From Acidimicrobiia bacterium (lineage in GTDB: Bacteria; Actinomycetota; Acidimicrobiia; IMCC26256; PALSA-610), in assembly GCA_038213435.1 (NCBI GenBank), contig JBBQTI010000019.1, positions 659-64,658 on the forward strand: a DNA stretch of 64,000 nt, given 5' to 3'. The notes below the pieces were generated by a model, which saw only the letters and a program-made list of their open reading frames with translations, ran no database searches and was not told the DNA's origin. Positions 55,935-64,000 of this stretch are shown in pieces (position 1 is the stretch's first letter; the number at the start of each line of letters is the position of its first letter). A program made the translations under genes and the position numbers.

Positions 55935-55954
55935 CCTACCTACTGGTAGGTAGG
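55935..55954. promoter_or_regulatory. 20-bp near-perfect palindrome (operator-like) between the parA-like and desaturase genes
   Basis: CCTACCTAC-TG-GTAGGTAGG with 9-nt arms. It ends 8 nt before the desaturase ATG (55963). Confidence 0.4.
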
Positions 55955-55962
55955 CTGGGTCC

Positions 55963-56895
55963 ATGACGACCACCCTGATGACCCCGACGACCCCAGCCGA
56001 CCTGGTCGAGCTTCTCACTCCGCAGGTCGCGCGTCTGTACGAGCGCCATCTCGCGACGACGAAGTCGTGGCTGCCGCACGAGCTGATCCCGTGGGAACGT
56101 GCGACCGCGTCGAGGCCGCGCGACGCCTGGGATCCGGCGAGCTCCACGCTCCCCTCCGGCGTGCGCAGCGCACTCGTCGTCAATCTCCTCACGGAGGACA
56201 ACCTTCCTTACTACTTCGAGACCATCAACCGGGTCTTCGCGAACGAAACCTGGCGCGAATGGGCGCGGCGCTGGACCGCGGAGGAGATGCGGCACGGGAT
56301 CGTGATCCGCGACTACATCACGGTCACGCACGCCGTCGATCTGGTGGAGCTCGAGCACGCGCGCATGCACCAGGTGTGTGGCGCCCAGGTGCCGCAGCCC
56401 GAGTCCGCCGCCGACGCGCTCGCGTACGTCGCGCTGCAGGAGTTGGCGACGCGCATCTCGCACCGCAACACCGGAAACCTGCTCGAGGACGAGGCCGGCT
56501 ACAAGGTGATGGCCCGCGTCGCAGCCGACGAGAACCTCCACTATCTCTTCTACCGCGACCTCGTGTCGGCGGCGCTGGAGGTCGATCCGTCCGGCACCGT
56601 ATGCGCGATAGAACGCCAGGTGCGCACCTTCGAGATGCCCGGCGCCGGCATTCCCGACTTCAGCGCCCACGCGTCGGCGATCGCCGCGGCCGGAATCTAC
56701 GACTTGGTGTTGCACCACGACCAGGTGCTCGTTCCGGTCGTGCTGCGCCACTGGGGCATCGAGACGATCGAAGGTCTCAGCCCGGAGGCGGAAGGCGCGC
56801 GTGAACGCATCATCGGGCACATCGCGCGCATCGAGCGCGTCGGCAAGCGGCTCGCAAGTCGCCGATCGTCGGGGTCGGTCGCCGGGCGCGCATGA
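55963..56895 (+). CDS. Soluble di-iron acyl-ACP desaturase family protein
   Basis: 310 aa. Di-iron ExxH motifs AEEMRHG and ADENLHY, plus LTEDNLPYY. Confidence 0.9.
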   Translation: MTTTLMTPTTPADLVELLTPQVARLYERHLATTKSWLPHELIPWERATASRPRDAWDPASSTLPSGVRSALVVNLLTEDNLPYYFETINRVFANETWREWARRWTAEEMRHGIVIRDYITVTHAVDLVELEHARMHQVCGAQVPQPESAADALAYVALQELATRISHRNTGNLLEDEAGYKVMARVAADENLHYLFYRDLVSAALEVDPSGTVCAIERQVRTFEMPGAGIPDFSAHASAIAAAGIYDLVLHHDQVLVPVVLRHWGIETIEGLSPEAEGARERIIGHIARIERVGKRLASRRSSGSVAGRA

Positions 56896-56948
56896 CGGGT
56901 TGAGGCTCACCGGAAAGTGACCGCGGGTGGCCTCTATGGTGACCGCGC

Positions 56949-58637
56949 GTGAGCGACAACGGCGGGGGTGAAGCCGCCCCGGCGATCCTCGATATCGACG
57001 ACGACGGCCCCGCGGCTGCCACGCTCGACGGGCCGGTGCGCGACGAGCTCCTGGAGTTCGGCGAAGTGCGCTCGATCGCAAAGGGCGATGTCCTGTACCA
57101 CGCGGGCGACGATGCGCCTGCCTTCTTCGTGGTCGTCGAGGGTGAAGTCGAGATTGTCCGGCAGGACAACAACGAAGAGGTGGTCGCGAGGCACGGCGCG
57201 GGTCGGTTCCTCGGTGAGTTGAACCTGCTCACCGGGCAACGGACTTATCTCACGGCTCGCGTCACCAGAGCGGGACGCGTGCTGGCCATCGACCTCGCGA
57301 CGTTCCGTCGGATCATGAGCACCAAGCCGGATTTCTCCGACACGGTCTTCCGGGCCTTCGTCGCTCGGCGCAAATTGCTGCGTGAGGGCGCCGGTGCCGG
57401 CGCCATACGCATCATCGGTTCGCGATACTCGCCCGAGGCGGTGGCCTTGCGGGCGTTCGCGAATCGCTCTCGGCTTCCTCATACGTGGATCGACCTGGAG
57501 GACATCGACGATCCTCCGGTGTTCCTCGCGAGCATGGGTGTCCGCCCGCGCGACGTGCCGGTCGTGGTGACTCCGACCGCGTCGCTTCAGAGACCGACGC
57601 CCGGCGAGTTCGCCGCCCATCTCGGTCTCACGTACACCAACGTCCCGGGCTCCATCAGCGACCTCGTCGTCGTCGGCACCGGTCCGGCCGGCCTCGCGGC
57701 CGCGGTGTACGGCGCATCCGAGGGACTCGATACCGTCTCGTTCGACGCGGTTGCCGCGGGTGGCCAGGCCGGTGCCAGCTCGCGCATCGAGAACTACGTG
57801 GGCTTTCCGAACGGCGTCTCCGGTGAAGACCTGGTCGCGCGCGCCGCGATCCAGGCGATACGCCTCGGCGCGCGTCTCAGCGCCCCGTGCGAGGTCGCGG
57901 GCCTGCGTGTCGAAGAGGGCTTCCACGTCGTCGTCCTGTCCGACGGCAGCGAGATCTCGTCCCGAGCGGTGATCATCGCGTCGGGGGCGCGCTATCGGCG
58001 GCTCGAGGTCGACGACCTCGAGCGTTTCGAAGGCGCAGGCGTCTACTACGCCGCGACGGATCTCGAAGTGCGTGTGTGTGTCGGCACCAACGTGATCGTC
58101 GTCGGTGGCGGCAACTCGGCCGGTCAAGCCGCCATCTACCTGGCGCACCAGGCCGGTCCGATGTCGCTCGTCGTCCGCAGAGGCGAGCTCGGGGCGACCA
58201 TGTCGCAATACCTCATCGCCCGCATCGAAGCCGACGAACGGATCGACGTGTTGACGCACACCGAGGTGCGCGCCCTCGGCGGTGACACCCATCTCGAGCA
58301 GGTCACGCTCGAGAACACGCAGACGGGACAGCTCCGCACGATGCCGTGTCAGGGGCTGTTCTGTTTCATCGGCGCGGTCCCGGCCACCGAGTGGCTCGGT
58401 GGCAGCGTCGCCCTCGACCGGTCCGGGTTCGTTCTGACCGACCGCGCGTTGGCCGACGACGTTGCCGCGTCTTCGGCGTTCGGCGCGCGTGACCCGTTGC
58501 CGTTCGAGACGTCAGCGCTCGGGGTGTTCGCGGTCGGCGACGTCCGGCACGGATCCGTGAAACGCGTCGCCGCCGCGGTCGGCGAAGGATCGAGCGCCGT
58601 TCGATCGGTCCACGAGTACCTCGCGACGCACACGTAA
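56949..58637 (+). CDS. Cyclic-nucleotide-binding domain fused to a thioredoxin-reductase-like FAD/NAD(P) oxidoreductase
   Basis: 562 aa. The cNMP-binding region carries RFLGELNLLTGQRTYLTARV. Then GTGPAGLAAAVYGASEG and VVGGGNSAGQAA. The usual CxxC position reads YYAATDLE. Confidence 0.85.
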   Translation: MSDNGGGEAAPAILDIDDDGPAAATLDGPVRDELLEFGEVRSIAKGDVLYHAGDDAPAFFVVVEGEVEIVRQDNNEEVVARHGAGRFLGELNLLTGQRTYLTARVTRAGRVLAIDLATFRRIMSTKPDFSDTVFRAFVARRKLLREGAGAGAIRIIGSRYSPEAVALRAFANRSRLPHTWIDLEDIDDPPVFLASMGVRPRDVPVVVTPTASLQRPTPGEFAAHLGLTYTNVPGSISDLVVVGTGPAGLAAAVYGASEGLDTVSFDAVAAGGQAGASSRIENYVGFPNGVSGEDLVARAAIQAIRLGARLSAPCEVAGLRVEEGFHVVVLSDGSEISSRAVIIASGARYRRLEVDDLERFEGAGVYYAATDLEVRVCVGTNVIVVGGGNSAGQAAIYLAHQAGPMSLVVRRGELGATMSQYLIARIEADERIDVLTHTEVRALGGDTHLEQVTLENTQTGQLRTMPCQGLFCFIGAVPATEWLGGSVALDRSGFVLTDRALADDVAASSAFGARDPLPFETSALGVFAVGDVRHGSVKRVAAAVGEGSSAVRSVHEYLATHT

Positions 58638-58648
58638 GAGCCGCAGCG

Positions 58649-59620
58649 TCAGGGTTTGACGAATCGGCGGATGAAGTCGAGGGTGGTGTCGGCAACGTCG
58701 CGCCAGCCGTGGTCGATAGTGAGCGAGTGCCCGCGACCCGGGATCTTGACGATCTCGGTGACACCCTTGTTGCGCTTTTGCTTTTTGTACGACGCGTTCG
58801 CGATCGCCCAGGGAACGGTGTGATCCTTCTCGCCGTCGATGATGAGCAACGGTCCGCGGTCGGGGTTCTTCGATCTCACCTTCGCTTCGGTCCAAGGATT
58901 CAGGTTCGCGGTCGCCGCTTGGAACAGCGGAACCCCCGATCCCGGCACCGCGTAGGTGTTGTACAACTCCTGCGCCTCGTCTTCGCCGACGGCGTTCGCG
59001 AAGGCGAAACGGAACTGCTCGTAGGTGAGCGGCACGGCGCGACCATGGTTGGCCGGGTTGCCGAGCACCGGCGCGGCCGACTTGAGGGCCGAAACCGGTA
59101 GCGGGAGCACGCCGCGGAACGGCGCGGGATCGATGGCGACCGTCGCGTCGGCGATCCCGCGACCCGCGAGGATCTGCGCCAACAGCCCGCCGAACGAATG
59201 CCCGATGAGCGCGGGCCGCTTCGTGAGCTTGCCGACCACCTCTTGGAAGTGATCGGCGATCTGCCCCACGGTTTTGTGAGCGAAGACCTCAGGATGCGCG
59301 TTCGCCTGCGCGACGGTGTTCGGATCGTCGGGCCAACCGGGTGCAAGCGTCGTATAGCCGGCGTCGTCGAACAGCGTGCGCCAACGATCCCAACTCATCG
59401 GCAACAACCAAAGGCCGTGGATGAACACGACCGGACTGCGACCGGACCCGTTGGCCCGAGCGATCTGTTCGGCCTCGTAATCGGTGATGTCGACCACGAC
59501 GATTCTCCTTCTCCGAGGAACGATTTCTGCGTTCCCGTTCGCGGCTCGGGCCCGACGGGTGTCGACAGCAAGCCTCTCGCCCGGCCGACCGTTCGTCGAA
59601 TCCGAAAACCGACTCGTCAT
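58649..59620 (-). CDS. Alpha/beta hydrolase
   Basis: ORF 58649..59836 trimmed to ATG 59620. Nucleophile elbow GHSFGG. C-terminal GRGHSL. Confidence 0.8.
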   Translation of the reverse strand: MTSRFSDSTNGRPGERLAVDTRRARAANGNAEIVPRRRRIVVVDITDYEAEQIARANGSGRSPVVFIHGLWLLPMSWDRWRTLFDDAGYTTLAPGWPDDPNTVAQANAHPEVFAHKTVGQIADHFQEVVGKLTKRPALIGHSFGGLLAQILAGRGIADATVAIDPAPFRGVLPLPVSALKSAAPVLGNPANHGRAVPLTYEQFRFAFANAVGEDEAQELYNTYAVPGSGVPLFQAATANLNPWTEAKVRSKNPDRGPLLIIDGEKDHTVPWAIANASYKKQKRNKGVTEIVKIPGRGHSLTIDHGWRDVADTTLDFIRRFVKP

Positions 59621-59977
59621 GCCCTCGTGTTGCTGCGGCGTGTTCGCAGTTCGCCCTGACCTCGAGGATCTCTGCGCTGTGGACGACCCGTGGTGGAGCT
59701 TCACGCGATAACTACGTGACCTTCCACCGAGCCATGATGGCGGAGTGAGGGCGCCTTCCCGTCCTCGCATAACGGCGCCAGAGCGGGCAACATGCCTTCG
59801 TATGGAGCAGTCGCCGTGGTGCCGGGGTGGGCGCATAAGACGATGCGAGACGTGCCCGGCCCATGTTCATCCCAGGGCGACACGTCTGAGTTGTTGAGGT
59901 TGCCCACCAAGAATTCGGTCGGTGAAGGCCCGACACCTGGGCGGGGGCCAACCGGCCGGTGCGCGCGTGTCGCGTTT

Positions 59978-61521
59978 GTGGGTTTGGAGTTCATTGGTCT
60001 CATCTTCTACATGGTTCAAGGCCGCAATGTCTGGTTCTTCGGCCTCGCCGGCGACGAATGGGACTTCCTCGCAGGGCGTGGGCTGGCACCGCACGATCTG
60101 CTGCAACGGCACGGCGATCACCTCGTCGCACTGCCCGCGTTCGTGTTCCGTGTCCTGTTCGAGATCTTCGGTCTCCGTACCTACCTGCCGTACCAGCTCC
60201 TCGCAATCGTGCTGCATCTCGTCGCGGCGGCGCTTCTGCGCGCGATCATGCGTCGAGCAGGCGTAAGCCCGTGGGTCGCGACTACGGCCGCGGCCGTGTT
60301 CGTGTTCTTCGGATCGGGAAGCCAGGACATCCTCATCGCGTTTCAGATCACCTTCGTCGGCGCGCTCGTCCTCGGCCTCACGCAACTCCTGCTCGCCGAT
60401 CACGACGGACCACTCGATCGGCGCGATCTTCTCGGCGTCCTGGCCGGGTTGGGAAGTCTTCTGTGCTCGGACGTCAGTATCGTCATGATCGCCGCGGTCG
60501 GCATCGCGTCGTTACTGCATAACGATGGCTCGCGGCCATGGTTCACACGGTGCCGCTCGCCGCCGTATACGTCGTCTGGTCACAGACGTACGGCCGAACA
60601 GCACAAACCAACATCGCCTGGCACCCGATCAGAAAATCGGTGCGAATCAGCATCGAAGCGACGTTCAACGCGCTTGGCCAAGTTCCTTTCGTGGGCTGGG
60701 CGATCGCCACCATGCTGCTGGTCGGCCTCTTTCTCGCCTGGCGTAACGCGAGCCGCGAGGAGCGCGCCCAGCGCCTTGCGGCGCCGACGGCGCTGGCCTT
60801 CGGTTCGCTCGTATTCGCGATTGTCATTTCGGTCGCTCGCCGAGGTGGTTTCTTTTTTGGCAATGCGTCCCCGGCTTCGAGTCGCTACCTGCACATCCTC
60901 GCCGCCTTGCTACTCCCGGCGATCGCAGTCGCAGGCGACGAGCTCATCCGGCGCCGACGAGCCGTCGCAGTCGTCGTCATCGCCCTGCTCGTTGTCGGTT
61001 TACCCGGCAATATCGAGAAGACTGACGACAACATCTTCCCCGCCTCATTCTACACAGGGCAAAGACACATCATCGAATCGCTGCCCGCCATGCGTCTCGC
61101 GCGACAGGTGCCACGCTCACTGCATCCGACTCCGAGTTTCGCTGCAGAAGTCACCCTCGGATGGCTACTCGACGGCGTCTCGTCAGGACGAATACCCGCC
61201 GCCAAAACGATCACACCGACCGAAGTTGCGGCCAACACGCTACGCCTGTCGCTTGAACAAACCGATAGCCGACCTCAACCCTCTTGCGTTCGTATTCGGA
61301 CACCGTTGATCCGCCACCTCCGCGATGGGCAGTCCTTCGGTGTGACCGGCACGCTTTCGATTCAGCTTCTCACCGACGATGGACGCCCGAAATCTGCTCG
61401 GCTCAACTTCGGAGGCTCCCTAGTTGCCAACTCGCCGACCCATTCGCTACGGGCGGTCAAGGGTCCGCTCACCATCCGCATCGCGTCGGCGTCGTTCAAC
61501 GCAGCGATCTGCGAATCATGA
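59978..61521 (+). pseudogene. Large polytopic membrane protein (glycosyltransferase-C-like topology, family unassigned) split by a 1-nt frame disruption
   Basis: The N-terminal half is in the frame of ORF 59792..61309, up to ...GIASLLHNDG. The rest is in the frame of ORF 60538..61521 (MVHTVPLAAVYVVWSQ...). That second frame only opens at 60523, after a TAA. The start is GTG 59978 or ATG 60011. Confidence 0.6.
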
Positions 61522-61756
61522 TTGCGACGGACCTCTTGGGCCTCGCTTGGAATCTGGGCTGTTGTTTTGTCCTCGCCGATTGGCTCGGCATCGATCATCT
61601 GACCGCCCCACCTGTTGAGCCCACACGCGAACTTCGACTCGGAGAAGCCGACGCCGCTCTGCCACATCGCAAGCATCGAACGCCCGCAATCCGGTCGACG
61701 CTGCGAGGCAGAAGGACCAAGGCTCCGACCAGCACTAACAGCACTCGTCGGTTGCG

Positions 61757-61828
61757 CGCCCTCGGCAGGATTCGAACCTGCGCACACGGCTCCGGAGGCC
61801 GATGCTCTATCCCCTGAGCTACGAGGGC
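61757..61828 (-). tRNA. tRNA-Arg (anticodon CCG)
   Basis: Hand-folded cloverleaf: acceptor GCCCTCG/CGAGGGC, D arm GCTC-AGGGGATA-GAGC, anticodon loop CT-CCG-GA, T arm GCAGG-TTCGAAT-CCTGC, discriminator G. CCA is not encoded. There is one U-U at the top of the anticodon stem. Confidence 0.9.
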
Positions 61829-61991
61829 GGGGGTTGGAGGATACCTGGCAGAAAACTTGGCGTTGTGGTCGAGCGCGGGTGTTTGGCGTGCCGGGTCGGG
61901 CCCCGTCCGAGGCGGTTGGCCTGATTTCGCGTCGGGGTGGGGGTGTACGGGCGCGTTGCAGCCGCCCGTGTTGTGTGCGGGCGGCTTCAGT

Positions 61992-62522
61992 TCAGGCTGC
62001 GAGTGCGGTGCGGCGTCTTCGGTGGCGGTGCAGCGCGAGGCCGTTGACCATGAGCGCGTAGCCGAGCAGGTTCAACGTCTGTCGCTCGTGCCCGATGCTG
62101 TGAGCTCGACGCAGCCAGAGGGTGTCGTCGAGGTTTCGGTTGATCGATTCGGCGTCGTTGCGGCGTGGATACAGCCGGTCGAAGTCGGGGTCTGTTGCGG
62201 CGATGGGCCGCACGTTTTCTGGCCGGTTGAGTTTTCGGGCGGTGTCGTCGTCGGTTCCGTGGAGTCGGACGGTGACGATGCCGGCGGCGTGGTGGTGGGG
62301 GAGCCGGTAGTCGTTGTACCACCGGTATTTTCCGGATTGGTCACGGTTGCGGTGGGTGCGGACGCGGGGGAGTTCGGTGAAGTGCAGGTCGCCGTTCTCG
62401 GTGAGTTCCCCGATCCCAACCGCGCCACCGCGGGCGTAGAGCTCGATGCTGCGGGTTGTCCCGTCGGGCAGGCGGATCGTTTTCGATTCGAGGCGAACGC
62501 TCTTCTCTTGGCGTCGTCCGTC
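61992..62522 (-). pseudogene. C-terminal fragment of a transposase-like protein, truncated by an IS end
   Basis: The coding-like part of ORF 61992..62729 starts about at DGRRQEKSVRLESKTIRLPDG and ends ...LYPRRNDAESINRNLDDTLWLRRAHSIGHERQTLNLLGYAL (a Y-x2-R-x3-E signature as in DDE transposases). Upstream of 62523 this frame runs into IS-end sequence. Confidence 0.55.
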
Positions 62523-63090
62523 GTTGCGGCGTGAAGGTGCCGGAATTCCATCGCCGGCGTTTTGTTGAGGGTCTGCGCGGGTTGGACGCGGTGGGAGTTG
62601 GCGGGTCGGTCCGTTCGGGTTACGCGTGTGACGTGTCGGCGCGTCGAAACGGTGTGAGCGGCGGGTCTCGACGGCTGGTGTCGGGGTCTGGTGGTCAGGC
62701 GGCGTGGCGGTATTCGTTGATGAGTCCACCGCAGCGTGCGTGTCGCATGACCGTTCGGCCTGTGTCGATCGTGACGACGTTGGTGTCGTCGGGCGCGGCC
62801 TGATCGAGCGACCGGTGGGGGCGGTGATGGTTGTAGTGGTCGATGTATTCGATCAGCAGCGTTCGGAGTTGTCGTTCGTTCCAGATGATTGTGCGGTCCA
62901 ACAACTCGTGACGCAGGGTCCGGATCCACCGTTCCGCGTAGGCATTAGCCATCGGCGCGCGTGGTGGTGTCGTGATCGTCGACATGCCTTCAGCTTCGAA
63001 CACGGCGTCGAATGTTCGGGAGTATTGGCCGGCCCCGTCGTGGATGATGAACCGGAACTGATGGTCGATGTTCATCAAGAAGTTGCGGGC
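62523..63090 (-). mobile_element. 3' fragment of an IS481/IS3-like (rve integrase) insertion sequence
   Basis: The end sequence TGAAGGTGCCGGAATTCCATCGCC starts at 62531. On the minus strand the rve C-terminal fragment at 62695-63090 reads ARNFLMNIDHQFRFIIHDGAGQYS...PPRAPMANAYAERWIRTLRHE...YNHHRPHRSL...GGLINEYRHAA. It is cut at 63090 by the next IS end. Confidence 0.65.
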
Positions 63091-63441
63091 TGAAGGTGCC
63101 GGAAATCCATCGCCGCTGTGTTCCAGGAGTTTCGAGCGGCTCGGTCGGTCGGTACGTTCTGTCGCTGATGAACCTCGTCGCGACGGTCCGTCAGCTCGTG
63201 ATCGGCCGGTTGCGATGGTTGATCGCTACCGGCGACGAACGCGACGCCGAGATCCTCGCGCTACGGCATCAGATCCTCGTTCTGCAACGACAGATCGAGC
63301 GTCCCCGGCTTACCGACACCGACCGCACGATCCTCGCGGTCCTCTCGACGGTGTTCGGCCGGTCACGGTTGTCGCAGATCATGTTGATCGTGCAGCCTGC
63401 GACGGTGATCGGCTGGCACCGCCGGCTCGTTGCGCGGCACT
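63091..63441 (+). mobile_element. 5' part of an IS481/IS3-like insertion sequence, interrupted by an IS21-family element
   Basis: The end sequence TGAAGGTGCCGGAAATCCATCGCC starts at 63091. The transposase N-terminus (ATG 63168) reads MNLVATVRQL...ILALRHQILVLQRQIERPRLTDTDRTILAVLS...VQPATVIGWHRRLVARH. It stops abruptly at 63446, where the IS21-type end begins. Confidence 0.6.
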
Positions 63442-64000
63442 TGTAAACGCTCATCGAAAACGGCAGCACCTGTGATGGGTTTGTGATCGTCGAAAACGAC
63501 AGCACCTGACGATCCCCGTTCGCTTGCGGGTTCTCCCTGAGGCTTCCTCAGAGGGTCCGGCGAGCGAACGGGAGAAGGGTGCGCACAGACATGGAGCTGT
63601 GGTCGGAGGTCCGACGCAAGGTGCTCGTCGAGGGGGTCTCGAAGCGCGAGATCTGTCGTGATTACAAGATGGGTTGGAGGACGCTCGACAAGGTCCTTGA
63701 GCATGTTGAGCCGCCTGGGTATCGGTCCCGCGTTCGGCGGGCGCTGCCCAAGCTCGGCCCGTTCATCGGGGTGATCGACGAGATCCTGGCTTCGGATCGA
63801 GACGCGCCCGCGAAGCAGCGGCACACCGCGAGGCGGATTTTCCATCGGCTGCGCGACGGGCATGGTTATGGGGGCAGCGAGGTGCAGGTCCGCCGCTACG
63901 TCGCCCAAACGAAGCGGCATGGGCGCGAGGTGTTCGTTCGGTTGTCGCATCCGCCGGGCGAAGCCCAGTTCGATTTCGGGGAAGCGACAGTCGTGATCGA
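63442..64000 (+). mobile_element. IS21-family insertion sequence, left end (continues beyond the window)
   Basis: The terminus is TGTAAACGC. Subterminal direct repeats TCGAAAACGGCAGCACCTG (63454-63472) and TCGAAAACGACAGCACCTG (63490-63508) are typical of multi-repeat IS21 ends. The istA N-terminus follows. Confidence 0.75.
63591..64000 (+). CDS. istA: IS21-family transposase IstA, N-terminal part (partial)
   Basis: Not in the ORF track because it is open at the window edge. ATG 63591 gives MELWSEVRRKVLVEGVSKREICRDYKMGWRTLDKVLEHVEPPGYRSRVRRALPKLGPFIGVIDEIL..DRDAPAKQRHTARRIFHRLRDGHGYGGSEVQVRRYV, a typical IstA HTH region. Confidence 0.85.
   Translation, partial: MELWSEVRRKVLVEGVSKREICRDYKMGWRTLDKVLEHVEPPGYRSRVRRALPKLGPFIGVIDEILASDRDAPAKQRHTARRIFHRLRDGHGYGGSEVQVRRYVAQTKRHGREVFVRLSHPPGEAQFDFGEATVVI

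Noticed and set aside
61362-61787. 141-aa minus-strand ORF between the membrane-protein gene and the tRNA
   Set aside because: It overlaps both the tRNA and the 3' end of the plus-strand gene. It has no motifs and a weak coding signal. A short real peptide (MLAMWQSGVGFSESKF...) cannot be excluded, but I cannot support it.
61857-62534. 225-aa plus-strand ORF right of the tRNA
   Set aside because: It is antisense to the transposase-like fragment, Gly/Val-rich and low-complexity.

Overview
High-GC chromosomal segment with Actinomycetota hallmarks: a WhiB-type regulator next to a PdtaS-like kinase, the proteasome activator Bpa, a class E sortase, an E1/E2-fused Kgd, a DinB/DUF664 protein, DUF3107, and a paired ArsA-like ATPase. 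I call about 75 genes, tightly packed, with many 1-8 nt start/stop overlaps and several convergent 3' overlaps. Most of the window is core metabolism and housekeeping: msrA, coaA, aconitase, 2-oxoglutarate dehydrogenase, class II DAHP synthase, an acyl-CoA carboxyltransferase cluster, and Fe-S/redox genes. The features worth a second look are these. (1) A complete nine-gene System I (ccmABCDEFGH plus a TPR CcmI-like gene) cytochrome c maturation operon at 20.8-27.3 kb. (2) A 351-bp composite tandem-repeat array that fills the divergent spacer at 45.4-45.8 kb. (3) Two tandem membrane-anchored HD-GYP-like paralogs, one catalytically degenerate, with a DUF5317 protein; upstream is an A/T-richer structured leader carrying a 28-codon ORF with atypical codon usage (10.5-14.4 kb). 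(4) An IS graveyard 5' of tRNA-Arg(CCG) at the right end, with an IS21-family element nested in an IS481/IS3-like element that is nested in another transposase-like gene. (5) Four otherwise well-conserved genes broken by shifts of the same sign, each explainable by one missing base and at least two in short homopolymer runs. This pattern suggests assembly indel errors rather than real pseudogenes and needs read-level checking. I found no rRNA, no CRISPR and no recognisable defence system. All calls rest on my reading of the translations, motifs and sequence; no database search was run.
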